From NCBI GenBank assembly GCA_963748215.1, contig CAVVHS010000005.1, positions 32,001 through 96,000 of the forward strand: a stretch of 64,000 nucleotides of DNA, written 5' to 3'. The translations under genes and the position numbers were made by a program. Numbering within the stretch: position 1 is the first letter of the stretch; each line of letters starts with the position of its first letter. The notes beneath the pieces are model-generated. The model saw only the letters and a program-made list of their open reading frames with translations, ran no database searches and was not told the origin of the DNA. Below, piece by piece: positions 62,075 through 64,000 of this stretch. This DNA comes from an uncultured Gammaproteobacteria bacterium. GTDB taxonomy: Bacteria > Pseudomonadota > Gammaproteobacteria > UBA9214.

Positions 62075-62659
62075 ATGAAATCCGCCAGCACCCTGCTACT
62101 GATCAGTCTTGCCCTCACCACTTTCTATGGCTGCGCCCCCATCGTGGTGGGGGGCGCCGCGGCCAGCGGTAGCGCGCTGCACGACCGTCGCACCGTCGGC
62201 ACCTTTGTCGATGACGAGGGCATCGAGCTGAAGAGCCGCCTCGCCATACTTGATAACAAGGAACTGAACAGCCAGATCCATATCAACATTATCAGCATCA
62301 ACGGCGTGGCGCTGATGGTAGGCCAGGCACCCACCGAGGCACTCAGGCAGCAGGCGCAGGGCATCGTTGCCGCAACGGAAAAAGTCCGCATGGTGCACAA
62401 TGAGATGACCATCGCGGCGCCCAACTCGCTCATGACCCGTTCCAGCGACACGCTGATCACCGCCAAGGTCAAGACCGCGCTGTTCAATATCAAGGGCCTC
62501 GAAAAATTCGATCCGACCCGCGTCAAGGTGGTCACCGAGGACGGTATCGTCTACCTGATGGGCTTGCTGTACCGGAACGAGGCGGCTGCCGTGAGCGACC
62601 AGGCGCGCCAGGTCGGCGGCGTGGAAAAGATAGTCAAGGTGTTCGAATACCTGGACTAG
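62075..62659 (+). CDS. Dual BON-domain lipoprotein (DolP/YraP-like)
   Basis: Lipobox-like YGC; DRRTVGTFVDD, DTLITAKVK, VKVVTEDGIVYLMG. Confidence 0.92.
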   Translation: MKSASTLLLISLALTTFYGCAPIVVGGAAASGSALHDRRTVGTFVDDEGIELKSRLAILDNKELNSQIHINIISINGVALMVGQAPTEALRQQAQGIVAATEKVRMVHNEMTIAAPNSLMTRSSDTLITAKVKTALFNIKGLEKFDPTRVKVVTEDGIVYLMGLLYRNEAAAVSDQARQVGGVEKIVKVFEYLD

Positions 62660-62675
62660 GCTGTATCCGGGTGTT

Positions 62676-62792
62676 GTAGGAGCGGACCGCGTCCGCGATC
62701 TTTTCTGGAAATAACATCCCGCGATGTACATGGACGTACAAGTGCCGCGAGAGGGCATGGATGCCCGTAGCGGCCTTGCGAAGCGCACCTAC
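62676..62792. repeat. Inverted GTAG-REP pair; second REP interrupted by a ~52-bp module with two ATGGAY-loop hairpins
   Basis: tgtac-atggac-gtaca (62725-62740) and gggc-atggat-gccc (62753-62766). Confidence 0.75.
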
Positions 62793-62837
62793 AACACTCG
62801 GTCTATTTCACGAACAGGCGTTCGTGTTGACGGCCGG

Positions 62838-63251
62838 CTAGCGCCGCCTTTCCGCCCAGGACCCGGTCCTGCCGTTGAACGACAGCACCCGGCTGGTCGT
62901 GACGATAACGGCCGACGTGTCTTCCGCCTCGGTACTGACTACCTTTTCCCCGGCCACACGGCGGTTACTCGACCAGCCCGTGGGCCACACGCCAACACCG
63001 GCAAAACGCTGGTTGGTGATGACAATGGCGACCCCCTTGGCCACGACACGCTGCTCGACCACCTCCTTGGCACTCATGTCGAGGTCGAAGAACTGGCCGG
63101 TCTCGGCGTTGACCGCGGTCACGCGCCTGTCTTCCTTCACCAGGAATATGGCCTTGCCGACCTCTTCGCCGCCTGCCGTGGCGGCGCTGGCCAGCAACAG
63201 GACGCCGACCAGACCGCACAGGCCGAATGTGGAAACTCTTGATACTGGCAC
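62838..63251 (-). CDS. Hypothetical secreted beta-rich protein
   Basis: RBS GGAGA before GTG 63251 (alternative ATG 63281); signal peptide; internally repeated VA/AV(I/V)VITxxR..W strands. Confidence 0.7.
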   Translation of the reverse strand: MPVSRVSTFGLCGLVGVLLLASAATAGGEEVGKAIFLVKEDRRVTAVNAETGQFFDLDMSAKEVVEQRVVAKGVAIVITNQRFAGVGVWPTGWSSNRRVAGEKVVSTEAEDTSAVIVTTSRVLSFNGRTGSWAERRR

Positions 63252-63398
63252 TGGATTCTCCCGAATGGTTGTCCAGTCCATTATAGGCCCTTGCGGTGTC
63301 GCCGCCCCGGCAGCGGCACCACCCGCCGCGGACCGGATGGCGGGCCTGTGCACCCGCACATTATAATAATGTCCCGATTTCCCCAGCGAGCACGCCCC

Positions 63399-64000
63399 AT
63401 GGACAATACCGCCCACCCGATCGTCGTCTGCGCCCTGTACCGGTTCGTTCGCCTGGACGATTTCCGCGATCTGCGCGATCCTCTGCAGCAGGTAATGGAA
63501 CAACACGGCGTCAGCGGCACCCTGTTACTGGCCGGGGAAGGCATCAACGGCACGGTCGCCGGCACGCGCGCCGCCATCGATGCCCTGCTCGCGTGGCTGC
63601 AGCGCGATAGCCGCCTGGCCGGCCTCGAATTCAAGGAATCGGTGACCGACCGGCCGCCGTTCAAGCGCAGCCGGGTGAAACTGAAAAAGGAAATCGTCAC
63701 CATGGGCGTGGCGGACATCGATCCGAACCGGGTAGCGGGCACCTACGTCAGCCCGTCCGACTGGAACGCCCTGATCAACGACCCGGATGTACTGCTGGTG
63801 GATACCCGCAACGATTACGAGGTCCGCGTCGGCACCTTCCGCAACGCCATCAACCCGGGCACTGCCACGTTCCGCGAATTTCCGGACTTCGTGCACGAAC
63901 AGCTCGACCCGGCGCGTCACCGCAAGGTGGCGATGTTCTGCACCGGCGGCATCCGCTGCGAGAAGTCCACCGCCTACCTGAAGCAGCAGGGCTTCAGCGA
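63399..64000 (+). CDS. trhO: tRNA uridine(34) hydroxylase / rhodanese-related TrhO (runs off window end)
   Basis: Manual translation: [52 protein letters not shown]. Confidence 0.93.
   Translation, partial: MDNTAHPIVVCALYRFVRLDDFRDLRDPLQQVMEQHGVSGTLLLAGEGINGTVAGTRAAIDALLAWLQRDSRLAGLEFKESVTDRPPFKRSRVKLKKEIVTMGVADIDPNRVAGTYVSPSDWNALINDPDVLLVDTRNDYEVRVGTFRNAINPGTATFREFPDFVHEQLDPARHRKVAMFCTGGIRCEKSTAYLKQQGFS

Overview
High-GC (~65%) gammaproteobacterial chromosomal segment made mostly of conserved housekeeping clusters: dsbC-xerD; adk; htpG; ffh and rpsP-rimM-trmD-rplS; radA; rpsF-rpsR-rplI-dnaB-alr; rnr-rlmB; tRNA-Leu(CAG); queG/nnr-tsaE-amidase-mutL-miaA-hfq-hflXKC-hisZ-purA; rsmI/lpoA-yraN-BON; trhO. 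Accessory genes (DsrE2-like protein, Gly/Tyr/Pro-rich sulfur-globule-like protein, five-heme cytochrome c) suggest a sulfur-oxidizing lifestyle (inference). No prophage, CRISPR or intact transposase was seen. The most interesting signals are non-coding or regulatory: (i) an unannotated ~185-nt sigma54-promoter-to-terminator transcription unit with repeated AANAANAA motifs between ffh and rpsP, resembling a CrcZ-like Hfq-sponge sRNA; (ii) nested small repeat elements that insert into palindromic repeats and carry ANGGAN-loop hairpins like CsrA/RsmA sites; (iii) a Fur-box-preceded, C-terminally anchored multiheme cytochrome; (iv) twin single-Cys HMA-fold-like small proteins near the DsrE2-like gene; (v) a decayed RAYT transposase among its REPs. 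All calls come from reading the sequence; no database searches were run.
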